Source of the DNA: a virus
Taxonomy: Duplodnaviria > Caudoviricetes
Virus record (IMG/VR): IMGVR_UViG_3300035182_002389
Location: 32,001 to 96,000 of that record
Length of the DNA stretch: 64,000 nucleotides
Reading direction: 5' to 3' (one strand)
Positions 8,832 to 17,153 of this stretch are shown here, in pieces. A model generated the notes under the pieces. That model had not been told where the DNA came from. It saw only the letters and a program-made list of their open reading frames with translations, and searched no databases. Position numbers and translations under genes: made by a program. The stretch's first letter is position 1; the number at the start of each line of letters is the position of its first letter.

Positions 8832-9416
8832 ATGGCGAAGATGAACCTGTCGACGCGCACCCTCTTGGCCGTGGGCATCACGATGATGGCGGTGGAAGCC
8901 GCCCGCATCCTGCTCGGCCTCACGGCAATCCTGTCGACGCGCCTCGTCGGGTTCATCTCCGTCGGTCTCGGCGCGTCCATCGTGATCGAGACCCTCGTCA
9001 TCGCGTTGCTGTCGCGCATCTCGTCGACGCCCAAGATCATGCGCTCGTTCGCGAACGCGGCGCTCCCCGGGCTCTGGATCGTCGCCTACTACTTCACGGG
9101 CGGGGCTCGCGCGGTCGCGGTCTCGCTCGGGATCTACTTCGTCATCTTGAACGCGATCGAGCTGTTCGGCGCGCGCAGCCGGAGCACCGCGAAGATTTCG
9201 ACGGCGGTGCAGCAATCCGGCGGGGTGACGATGGCGTGCAATGAGCTGTGCACGTGCGAAGCGTGCCAAGGCTACGACGACGCCGTTGAAGCGCTCGTCG
9301 CTGCGGAGGCGTCCCCGGACGACCTGCAAGACCCCGTGCGCCGATTCGTGCTCGCGAGAACGCGAATGGTGAAGGCCCACGAAGAAGACGAAGCTGTCGA
9401 ACCGCCGCTCGTGTGA
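8832..9416 (+). CDS. Multi-pass membrane protein
   Basis: About 4 hydrophobic helices. Confidence 0.6.
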   Translation: MAKMNLSTRTLLAVGITMMAVEAARILLGLTAILSTRLVGFISVGLGASIVIETLVIALLSRISSTPKIMRSFANAALPGLWIVAYYFTGGARAVAVSLGIYFVILNAIELFGARSRSTAKISTAVQQSGGVTMACNELCTCEACQGYDDAVEALVAAEASPDDLQDPVRRFVLARTRMVKAHEEDEAVEPPLV

Positions 9417-9426
9417 GGAGAAGTCC

Positions 9427-9579
9427 ATGAAGATCCTTCAAATCGTCCGCCGCACCACCCGCACCATCGCCGGTTCGTTCTTTCTCGGCCTCGGGTCGAG
9501 CCTCCTCGGCGTGCCGAACGAGACCTTCGACGAGTGGATGAAGATGGCTCTTCTCCACGACGTCGTGAGCGCGCCGTGA
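9427..9579 (+). CDS. Small hypothetical protein
   Basis: GAGGAG RBS; not in the ORF track. Confidence 0.45.
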   Translation: MKILQIVRRTTRTIAGSFFLGLGSSLLGVPNETFDEWMKMALLHDVVSAP

Positions 9580-9655
9580 GCAACGACGAAGCCTCCGCCC
9601 CGCCCTCGAACTCAAGCACAAGGTCGGCCTCGCCGTCCTTGGTGCGACGTGGTTC

Positions 9656-10147
9656 GTGCAAGCGATCGCGGCAATCTACTTCATCGCCGTCGTTCCCGCG
9701 CATCACGTTGGAGCCCTCTGCACTCTCATCGCAGCGATGTATCTGATTCGAGGTGCAAGCGTCACGTTTCTCACGACGACCGTTTCGTTCCGCCCGGTTG
9801 CGAACGAGATCCTTTCGGCGATCCTTCCGGCGCTCTGGGCCGTCGCGCTCTACAAGGGCTCGGACTCCCGAGCGATCGTCCTGGTCTCGGCGGCGTGGTT
9901 GCTTGTAACCGCCGCGCAAGCGATCGGCGGGACCACCGTGAAGGTGTGGAGGGTCATACGGATGATGCGCGGCGAGATCGACGAGGATGGCGATGACCCG
10001 AGCTGTCCCGACTGCGTCGAGACGGGGCTTGCTCACAAAGCGTTCTTGGACGCGGGCCGCCGTGGCGACGACATGGACGAGACGGGGCGCGCACTTTTTG
10101 AGGCTACGGCGAGGATGTACAAGGCGCACGGCAAGGAGGGGCCGTGA
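9656..10147 (+). CDS. Membrane protein (start uncertain)
   Basis: 3-4 TM helices; frame open upstream to 9569. Confidence 0.5.
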   Translation: MQAIAAIYFIAVVPAHHVGALCTLIAAMYLIRGASVTFLTTTVSFRPVANEILSAILPALWAVALYKGSDSRAIVLVSAAWLLVTAAQAIGGTTVKVWRVIRMMRGEIDEDGDDPSCPDCVETGLAHKAFLDAGRRGDDMDETGRALFEATARMYKAHGKEGP

Positions 10148-10524
10148 AGACGCCTCCCATGCGCGTCGAGGGCATGCCTGAGAGCCCCGAGCGAACCGCC
10201 AAGCGGCTCGGCTTGTCGAAAGCCGTCGTCGATTCGCTGCGGCGTCTGCTTGGCATGGGGCCGAAGAAGAAGACCGCGCCGAAGAAGGTCCGCCAGTTGC
10301 TCGATCTCCTCCACGGCGGACATCAAGAAGTGTGGGTCTTCTGGGAGGACACCGTCAAACCGACGAAGAACGTCCGGTCGGCCGCAGAGTGGCACTGCCA
10401 CGTGACCGGAACGCGCACGTTCGACCGCCACTCGCTGTCGGCCTTCACGGGCGTGCCCGTCGAGGTGCTGATGTCGGACGACCTGAAGCTGCTCCTCCCC
10501 TACGGCATCCGTCTTGCGCGGTAA
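10144..10524 (+). CDS. Hypothetical protein
   Basis: GGAGGG RBS, GTGA overlap. Confidence 0.55.
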   Translation: MKTPPMRVEGMPESPERTAKRLGLSKAVVDSLRRLLGMGPKKKTAPKKVRQLLDLLHGGHQEVWVFWEDTVKPTKNVRSAAEWHCHVTGTRTFDRHSLSAFTGVPVEVLMSDDLKLLLPYGIRLAR

Positions 10525-10591
10525 TGACAATCATGAGCTTGCCGCGCGAGAAGAGAGCCGCCTATTGCAAGCGTTCTGGTATCGTCAAAAC

Positions 10592-11584
10592 ATGTCACAT
10601 GCGCCCGTGATGTACACGCTGTCCGCGCCGAGCCTTTCGGCCCTCGGACAGATCCAAGGAAACTTCAACGACGGCGATCTTGGCGTCGTGGGCCGCGTGT
10701 TCTACGTCTATCGCTCGGCCATTCCTGCGCTGCCGCCCATAGGTGGAACCCTCGCCTACGGAAAAGGGTATTGGGCGCCGTTCAACGATGTCCCCCTCAG
10801 TGAGACGACGCGCGAAATCATCGTCGTGGCAAGCGGGACAACCTCAGCGTTTCGGACGCCCGTCGGCTCGTATTTCGCGGCTCATTCCGAAGACGTGCAA
10901 GTCGACATTTCGACCGACGGCGGTACGAACTGGATCGAGCAGCAATACGGTCCCGACTACAACGCCTACTACTCGGGCATGTGGAACCCGCCGTACGAAC
11001 AGCCGATGAGCGTGCGCGATGTTGCTTCTGGCATCTGGATTTCGGGGGGCTTCCCGCCCGCGGGCTGGCTCGTCCGAATCCGATGGATCGAGCGGACCGC
11101 GGTCTTCTTTCCGCGCACCGTGAGCCCGACGAGGTTCGACTTCAACGGGATCGCCTGGATCGTGAACAACGCCGTGTCGTGGACGACGAGCAACGAGTTG
11201 TACAATCCCAACGGGGTTATCGTTCCGCCTGGGCCCAGCGGGTTCGTTCCTGAGCTGTGGCGCGTAGGACGACATCGCGGAGGGCTCAACCGATCCACGG
11301 TCGGCAAAGACTTTCACGGGTCGGGCCGCCGCTTGCTGCCTTATTTCCGCGGCCCGCAAGCCATCGTGGCCGATCCCAACGGGCTGGTGTTCATCGGCAC
11401 GTCCGACATCGCGGGCCCGTCGCTTTGCAAGTTGAAGTTTCGCGTCTGCTACTACAGTCCAACGCTTCGCGCCCGTACTCCGTTCGCGCCCGGACTCATC
11501 ACGCGTTTTGCGAAGCTCGATCGGCATAACGGCAACTCCACCACCGTCCGCAAGGCGCAAACGATCTACGTGGATCCGTCCTGA
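10592..11584 (+). CDS. Beta-rich protein, possibly virion- or fibre-associated
   Basis: Asp-box-like ISTDGGTNW; lower GC than neighbours. Confidence 0.55.
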   Translation: MSHAPVMYTLSAPSLSALGQIQGNFNDGDLGVVGRVFYVYRSAIPALPPIGGTLAYGKGYWAPFNDVPLSETTREIIVVASGTTSAFRTPVGSYFAAHSEDVQVDISTDGGTNWIEQQYGPDYNAYYSGMWNPPYEQPMSVRDVASGIWISGGFPPAGWLVRIRWIERTAVFFPRTVSPTRFDFNGIAWIVNNAVSWTTSNELYNPNGVIVPPGPSGFVPELWRVGRHRGGLNRSTVGKDFHGSGRRLLPYFRGPQAIVADPNGLVFIGTSDIAGPSLCKLKFRVCYYSPTLRARTPFAPGLITRFAKLDRHNGNSTTVRKAQTIYVDPS

Positions 11585-11605
11585 TGAAGTGGTAGTCTTT
11601 TTTCC

Positions 11606-11702
11606 GATGCGACCGTGAAGCCGTGGTCCTTTAGCATTCCGGTCGGAGTTCTTTAGGGTGCCGTTCGGCGCCACTTTAGGATCACGCCTCCACGGTCGCA
11701 TC
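11606..11702 (+). ncRNA. Candidate structured RNA (symmetric three-way junction)
   Basis: 12-bp closing stem GATGCGACCGTG/CACGGTCGCATC and three CTTTAG units; intergenic. Confidence 0.5.
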
Positions 11703-11783
11703 TGAGCTTTTGATGCTCCCCGCAGATTCTCTCCATCGCCCCATCACGCTCGCGCCCCTGACGGGGGCGGCGTGGAGGACGCC

Positions 11784-12089
11784 ATGGGAGATCGAAGCCG
11801 TTGCAAAGATCGTGGTCGAGGGGATCGTCGAGACTGCACGCGCGCGTGCGCGCTGAGCGCCTGGAAGCTCTGGACGCGCGTCATGGGCTCAACGTGGCCC
11901 GTGCCCGCAGGGAAGTTCAAGAAGCGTCAGGCGATGAGCTGTCGGTGCCGCAAGCACCCCGTCGGGAGCCCCAAGGTCGGAGGGTCGCTCTGCCACGGGG
12001 GCGCCTATCATCCGGCGACCGTCGAGCGCATCGTCGGCAAGCGCCTCGCGCGCGATTGGCTACGCTTCGGTGAGACGGAGGAACGATGA
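11784..12089 (+). CDS. Cys-rich basic hypothetical protein
   Basis: GGAGG RBS. Confidence 0.5.
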   Translation: MGDRSRCKDRGRGDRRDCTRACALSAWKLWTRVMGSTWPVPAGKFKKRQAMSCRCRKHPVGSPKVGGSLCHGGAYHPATVERIVGKRLARDWLRFGETEER

Positions 12090-12409
12090 AGCACGTGATC
12101 CTGGTCGGCCTCGGCCTCTACGTCGTCGTGATGTTCCTCGTCAGCGTCAACCGCACACGCTACGTGATGGCAGGGATGGCGAAGCTGAGGGGCGGAGCGA
12201 CGCTTCCCTTCGCTTGGGCCTACTGGAAGGGCTGGGTCGGGGTCGCGTGGTTCACGCTCTCGGGCATGGTCACCATCCCGTACGAACTCGCCCTCATCGC
12301 TCGCAAGTACGTCAAAGTCCGACGCTCGCAGGATGAGATGGGCGCTGTCGAGGTCCTCGCGGCGCCGAAGGATCCTCCGAGCGAGGAGCCGCCGAGCGAG
12401 GGCCCGTGA
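12086..12409 (+). CDS. Membrane protein
   Basis: Two hydrophobic segments. Confidence 0.55.
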   Translation: MKHVILVGLGLYVVVMFLVSVNRTRYVMAGMAKLRGGATLPFAWAYWKGWVGVAWFTLSGMVTIPYELALIARKYVKVRRSQDEMGAVEVLAAPKDPPSEEPPSEGP

Positions 12410-12663
12410 TCAAGTACGCGATCCTCGCCTACGGGCTCGTCGGGATCACCAACGCGGTCTGGTGGTGCTGGACGGTGCTCGCATTTGCGGCGGCCAAGCA
12501 AGGCTACGACCGCATCCCCTTCGAGGATCTGACCGCACGAATGTGGTGGGGAGCCTTCCTGTTCGGGCTCAAGCAGGCGCTCACCTGGCCCGTGGACGTC
12601 GTGCGACGATTGCGCATGTACGCGTACGGGCGAGGGTGGGTGGACAGGCTCCCGCCCTCGTGA
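12406..12663 (+). CDS. Membrane protein
   Basis: Two hydrophobic segments. Confidence 0.55.
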   Translation: MIKYAILAYGLVGITNAVWWCWTVLAFAAAKQGYDRIPFEDLTARMWWGAFLFGLKQALTWPVDVVRRLRMYAYGRGWVDRLPPS

Positions 12664-12676
12664 GGCTCGCGAGGGT

Positions 12677-13078
12677 TCAGATGCTGGAGCGGCGGCGCGG
12701 CGGCGAGATCGCGAGCGAGCCCATCGAGACGGGGCCGCGCGCGATCGAGTACCTGCCGCCGACCGAGATCCCCTCGCTGCGCAGGCTCGATCGACGCTTG
12801 TCCGACTCGACCTTGTGGATGGCCGCGTCGATCGTCTGAACCAGATGCGTGCGCAGCCAGCCCTTGACCTCGGCGCGCTCGGCGACCGTGAACTTCGATC
12901 GGTAGCCGATGAACTCGACGTGCTGGACGGCGGCGGCCACGAGGTTGCGGCGGTAGTCGTGAAGGTTTCGCCACACCTCCGAGTTCAGGTCCACGGCGAC
13001 CTTGTGCCGCATGGACGCGAGGTAGTCTTTCGGGCTCTGGCCCATGAGGGCCTCGAAGACATCGTTGAAGTGGCTCAT
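12677..13078 (-). CDS. Hypothetical protein (leaderless start)
   Basis: TATACT 7 nt before the ATG. Confidence 0.55.
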   Translation of the reverse strand: MSHFNDVFEALMGQSPKDYLASMRHKVAVDLNSEVWRNLHDYRRNLVAAAVQHVEFIGYRSKFTVAERAEVKGWLRTHLVQTIDAAIHKVESDKRRSSLRSEGISVGGRYSIARGPVSMGSLAISPPRRRSSI

Positions 13079-13099
13079 GTGCGCGAGTATAGCTCCGAG

Positions 13100-13114
13100 G
13101 GCTTGGCGCAAGCC
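13100..13114. promoter_or_regulatory. Palindromic box between divergent genes
   Basis: GGCTTGGCGCAAGCC, 16 nt before TGG-TACGCT. Confidence 0.65.
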
Positions 13115-13142
13115 AGCGCGCAAACGGTGGTACGCTGCGCTC

Positions 13143-13535
13143 ATGGACAGCACCTGGAAGTGGGCGGCCGGAGCATTGGGGCTCGGCGTGGTCGGCTACT
13201 TGGTCCTGCGGCCGGGCGCTTCCGCGGACGCTCCCAAGCTCGTGCTTCGGACCGAGTGGAACGCATCGCACCGCTCGCCGCTGCTCACCGAGGTCTCCGC
13301 CGCGGAACTCGCGGCGGCCTCGGCACACATCCCGAGGCTCCCCACGCAGGGAGAGCTTGCCGCGACCATCGTGCGCGGCGGCGTCGTTTCGGTGCGCCCT
13401 GTCGGCATCGAGTCCTACGACGCGAGCACGGGCATCGGACAAATCTACGATCGCACCGATCTCGCCGCCCCGCAGTCGTGGTCGAACGTGCGCGTCGCCG
13501 ATTTCGTGGGCGCCGTTTCGTTCCTGATCCACTGA
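13143..13535 (+). CDS. N-terminally membrane-anchored protein
   Basis: WKWAAGALGLGVVGYLVLR; leaderless. Confidence 0.6.
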   Translation: MDSTWKWAAGALGLGVVGYLVLRPGASADAPKLVLRTEWNASHRSPLLTEVSAAELAAASAHIPRLPTQGELAATIVRGGVVSVRPVGIESYDASTGIGQIYDRTDLAAPQSWSNVRVADFVGAVSFLIH

Positions 13536-13552
13536 GGCGCCAAGCGCCGTTC

Positions 13553-13918
13553 CTAGACCGTCGAAGCCTTGAGCACGAGGTTTCGCGGCAGCGGGCCCCG
13601 GTAGAGGATCTGCTCCAGGATGACGTCGTCGCCGTCGAAGTCGTACCCGATCGAACCGCCCGCCTTTCGCAGCGCCGCGACGTTGATCTCGACGAGCATC
13701 GGCGTCGACTTGTCGTGACACCCCGCGCTCTCGGCGTAGTCGCACGCCGTGTCCTCGTTGTTCGTGAGGTAGAGGCCTTCGGTCAACGCGGCGCTGCGAA
13801 GCTTCCTCAACCCCTTCTCGCTCGTCCCGTGCCACAGGCGCGTGGGCCAGATCCAGACGGAGACAGGCTTGTGCGAAGTCGACGTCTTCGCGCGGGCGGG
13901 CTTCTTCACGGCGCTCAC
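13553..13918 (-). CDS. ADP-ribosyltransferase-fold protein
   Basis: LWHGTS...GLYLT...ACDYA. Confidence 0.55.
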   Translation of the reverse strand: MSAVKKPARAKTSTSHKPVSVWIWPTRLWHGTSEKGLRKLRSAALTEGLYLTNNEDTACDYAESAGCHDKSTPMLVEINVAALRKAGGSIGYDFDGDDVILEQILYRGPLPRNLVLKASTV

Positions 13919-14232
13919 CGCGGCAGATGGTCTTTTGCGAGCATCACGGTGCCGCCGAGGACCATCGCGGTGCCGGCGAGAAACCTCCACGACAGATCGC
14001 CCGCGGGCGAGTCGATCATGCCGCCGACGCCGAGTCCCGCGCCGGCGGTCGCGATCCCTGCGTAGACGAAATCGCTACGATGGGCGACGGTCCCGTAGAT
14101 GGAGAGCGCGGCGCCGGCGGCAGAGGCCACCATCGCGCCGGTCTTCATCCACGCCGGCAAGGGCGCGGGCGTCGTGGCCGGGGCGTCCGCGCCGACGCTC
14201 GCGCGGGCGGCGAGCGGAGCTGAACGAACCAT
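13915..14232 (-). CDS. Small multi-pass membrane protein
   Basis: Three Gly/Ala-rich hydrophobic helices. Confidence 0.55.
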   Translation of the reverse strand: MVRSAPLAARASVGADAPATTPAPLPAWMKTGAMVASAAGAALSIYGTVAHRSDFVYAGIATAGAGLGVGGMIDSPAGDLSWRFLAGTAMVLGGTVMLAKDHLPR

Positions 14233-14311
14233 CGAAACAGAGCGAGCGAGGGAGGGGCGGGCGTAGGACATGAGGGACCTCGACGTCGAGGCTACCATGG
14301 ACGCGGGCCTT

Positions 14312-14896
14312 CTACGAACGCCGCGCGTTGCTCGCAGCGATCCTTCGTGCCTCGCGCGCGGCAGCTCGGCGCACGTCGGAGAGCTGCTTCTTCAGCCTCG
14401 CGATCTCGGCCTGCGGCATCGCGCGGACGTCCGGGCCCGGGTAGTGGTAGCTGCGGTACGGGTAGACGGCCTTGGGCAACGGCAGACCCGTGTCGAACTC
14501 GCGGCCGAGACGCTCTTCGATCCAGCCCGGCGCGCCGTACTCCTCGCGCACGTACGCGTCGAGCGGAATGACGCGCAACAGGGCAAGCTTGCGGTACGAG
14601 GTCGCGGGCACGAACATCTCGCCGCCGTAGCGCCCGTGCACGCCTGCGTCGTGAACGATGGAGGGGTCGACCCTGAACTCGGCGAGGAAGGGGCGCATGT
14701 ACCCGTGCTCGTTCACCCACGTCTCCGGGCGCGGGCCGAGGTAGATGCCGGGCCTTCCCGAGCGGTCTTCGAGCGCAAACGCGTTGTCCTCGGGCGCGAA
14801 CTTCGCGTCGAGCTTGAAGCGTGCGCGCTCGGTCAGGTGATACCAGACCGGCTGCACGAGGGAGTGGCGTTGCGACAGGCTCGACACCGATGACAC
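14312..14896 (-). CDS. ART-fold-like protein (start approximate)
   Basis: WYHLT...GIYLG. Confidence 0.45.
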   Translation of the reverse strand: MSSVSSLSQRHSLVQPVWYHLTERARFKLDAKFAPEDNAFALEDRSGRPGIYLGPRPETWVNEHGYMRPFLAEFRVDPSIVHDAGVHGRYGGEMFVPATSYRKLALLRVIPLDAYVREEYGAPGWIEERLGREFDTGLPLPKAVYPYRSYHYPGPDVRAMPQAEIARLKKQLSDVRRAAAREARRIAASNARRS

Positions 14897-14962
14897 CTCG
14901 GAAGGGATCGTACCACGCGCCCAGACTCGAAGGTTGTCGGCCGACAGCGTAGACTCGGGCGC

Positions 14963-15319
14963 ATGCTCCTGTTCCACGGCACGTCCAAGCGGCAGTGGAG
15001 TCGCCGCCTTTCCGGCGAGCAGACGCTCTACCTCGTGAACAGCGCGAAGGAAGCTTGGAGCTACGCGTACCACGCCGCAGAAGAGGACGAGCTGGAAGGC
15101 CGCACTCCCGAGCCCATCGTGCTCGCGATTCAGCTCGGCGATCTGCGAGGCCTCACGCGCCTGCCGGACGACGCCGCGATCCGTTCCGGCGAGCTGCCCG
15201 CGTCGGCGAGCTGGCGCGACACGCTTCGCGCGGTCGGCTCGTTTGCGGTCTTCGGGCGCATCGAGCGCTACAAGCGGTTCTTCGCGAGGGTCAGGCCCGC
15301 GACGAGCTTGCGCGAATAG
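14963..15319 (+). CDS. ADP-ribosyltransferase-fold protein
   Basis: LFHGTS...LYLVNSAKEAWSYA; leaderless (TAGACT +7 nt). Confidence 0.55.
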   Translation: MLLFHGTSKRQWSRRLSGEQTLYLVNSAKEAWSYAYHAAEEDELEGRTPEPIVLAIQLGDLRGLTRLPDDAAIRSGELPASASWRDTLRAVGSFAVFGRIERYKRFFARVRPATSLRE

Positions 15320-15441
15320 CCCGCCGAGAGTCGAGGGCTCGGCCCGATGCGCGAGTCGGGTGAGGGTAGCGGTGAGGGGCCCGCACAACCTCCCCCTGAG
15401 CCCGCGCCCGTCCAGCGCACGCACGGCCTCGGGTGAAGGCT

Positions 15442-15476
15442 GCGGCGCCGGGGGCACGGGCACCCCACGGCGCTGC
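15442..15476. terminator. GC-rich hairpin between convergent genes
   Basis: GCGGCGCCG/CGGCGCTGC plus GGGG/CCCC; no U-tract. Confidence 0.35.
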
Positions 15477-15627
15477 TGGCTCAGATTCTAGGTGGAGCGG
15501 GTGGCTGCGGGGCGCGTCCAGCGTGCGAAGCACGCGCTGCCCGTTCCCGTTGCCAGTGAGCGAAGCGAACGTTCCCGTTCCCGCTCTCGCTCTGCTGGCT
15601 GCGGGTGCGCCGACGCTCGCCCCAACG

Positions 15628-16452
15628 TCAACCGAGAACGCCGTAGAGCGTCACGTTGCGCGGCAGGCTGATCGTCTGGGGGCTGCCGTTCTTGAACTCG
15701 ATCGTGAAGGGCATGCCGCCGCCGAGAACGATCGGCTTGAGGTCCAGGGGCACCGAAATGGAATAGAACCCGTCGGCGATGGGCGCCATGAGCCCGTTGA
15801 CGCGCGTCTGATACATCGCCGCGGCGTTCGCGTTCTGCGTCTGCGCGGGAACGTTGGCGCTCGAAGGCGGCCAGACGATGTTACGCCCTGCTCGGACGAC
15901 GTCAGGCATCGCTGCCGCACCGTTTGCGTCGAACTCCCACGAGATGCCCGTCGGTCTGAACTGTCGACCGCTCACGAAGGCCATGATCGCCTGCGATCCG
16001 CCGTTGCCGGGAATGCTGGGAGCGATGCCCGGGGGCAGGTTCCACGCGAACGGAATGCTCGCGTCGAACGGGCCGAGCTTGGCACGCTGCGCCGGGTTGA
16101 GCGTCGCCCGCGCGGGAGCGCGCAGCGCCGCCGCGTTGAACGCCAGGGGCGCCGCGGTGCGCACGGGGGACGTTCCCTGCTGGCGAAGCGCAGCCATCGC
16201 CGCGCCGTCGGCACCGCCGAGGTGCGCGAGGGCGGAGGCCGCGTGGACGTCGGGCGTCACGAGGCCGCCGAAGGGCTGCACGCCGGCGGTGTGGGCGGCG
16301 TACATCGAGGCCGCGTGGACGTCCGCGGTGAGCAGGCCCGAGAGGGGATGGTTCGCCGAGCGACGGAGCTGCTCGGTGTACGAGAGGCCGCGCGCGGCGG
16401 GCGCGCCGCCGGTCTGGGCGTGGTTCTGACCGCAAGAGGGGCAATAGGGCAT
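15628..16452 (-). CDS. CxxC-H leader family protein 1, putative virion protein
   Basis: MPYCPSCGQNHAQTGG; PFGGLVTP repeats; beta-rich C-terminus. Confidence 0.7.
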   Translation of the reverse strand: MPYCPSCGQNHAQTGGAPAARGLSYTEQLRRSANHPLSGLLTADVHAASMYAAHTAGVQPFGGLVTPDVHAASALAHLGGADGAAMAALRQQGTSPVRTAAPLAFNAAALRAPARATLNPAQRAKLGPFDASIPFAWNLPPGIAPSIPGNGGSQAIMAFVSGRQFRPTGISWEFDANGAAAMPDVVRAGRNIVWPPSSANVPAQTQNANAAAMYQTRVNGLMAPIADGFYSISVPLDLKPIVLGGGMPFTIEFKNGSPQTISLPRNVTLYGVLG

Positions 16453-16522
16453 GGAGGATCTCCTTGCTGCCGAGGCTACCACTTTTGCTTCGACTCGTGC
16501 CAAAACAAGAAGACGCCCTCGC

Positions 16523-16537
16523 GGCTTTCGACAAGCC
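16523..16537. promoter_or_regulatory. Palindromic box
   Basis: GGCTTTCGACAAGCC upstream of the minus-strand gene. Confidence 0.55.
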
Positions 16538-16568
16538 GTGCGCCTCACACCTCGCGAGACGAAAAGGA

Positions 16569-16636
16569 CGCGCCTTCGGCGCGAGCACGACCTTCGGTCG
16601 AGGACGCTCCTTCGGAGCGAGGACGCGCTTCGCGCG
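16569..16636. repeat. Four-hairpin triloop array, copy 2
   Basis: CGCGCC-TTC-GGCGCG AGCA CGACC-TTC-GGTCG AGGA CGCTCC-TTC-GGAGCG AGGA CGCGC-TTC-GCGCG. Confidence 0.9.
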
Positions 16637-16648
16637 AGGCGAGAAGTC

Positions 16649-17131
16649 TCAGAAGCGGTTGTACGTGAGCTTGCCCGAAGGGAACGCGAGGGGCGCGTCG
16701 GTCGGGTTGTAGAGGATGACCGAGAGCTGCTTGGTCACAGGCCAGCCTGCGAACGCGGGGTTCAGGGCGACGTCTTGGTTCGCGCGGGCGAGGTAGAGCT
16801 GGCCCGCGCTCGTCGGCACGGGTTCGAGCGTGAGCTTGCCGAACGACCTGTGAGCCTTCGCACGGTTGATGACGTCGCGGCCGACCTTGATCTCGGCGAT
16901 GTAGAGGTCGGGGCTCTCGAAGGTCACCGTGACGGGCTTGATGGGCGAGCCCGTGTAGTAGATCGCCTCCTTGAACCCGTGCGCGGGGACGATCCCCGCG
17001 CCGGGCAAGGGCATCGCGTACGCCCCACGGTGGAACATGCTCTCGATCATCGCGAACGCTTTTGACGAGCGCGGCACGATGCCGGCGCCCGTTTGGGCGT
17101 GCGCGGTTCCACAGTGGGGGCAACGCTTCAT
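16649..17131 (-). CDS. CxxC-H leader family protein 2
   Basis: MKRCPHCGTAHAQTGA; SPDLYIAEIKVGRD...LSVILYN. Confidence 0.7.
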   Translation of the reverse strand: MKRCPHCGTAHAQTGAGIVPRSSKAFAMIESMFHRGAYAMPLPGAGIVPAHGFKEAIYYTGSPIKPVTVTFESPDLYIAEIKVGRDVINRAKAHRSFGKLTLEPVPTSAGQLYLARANQDVALNPAFAGWPVTKQLSVILYNPTDAPLAFPSGKLTYNRF

Positions 17132-17153
17132 GGTGCGGCCTTCTCTCGCGAGA

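Noticed and set aside
9576-9655. Possible frameshift joining GTG 9576 to the membrane protein ORF
   Set aside because: Could be a 1-nt indel in CCGCCCCGCCC or a non-canonical start; no supporting structure or homology.
10210-10224. Palindromic box match GGCTTGTCGAAAGCC
   Set aside because: It lies inside a CDS far from a start; may be chance, so it is not counted in the regulon.
15376-15388. 13-mer GGGGCCCGCACAA identical to a 16S rRNA conserved stretch
   Set aside because: Flanks do not resemble rRNA; a chance match in GC-rich DNA.
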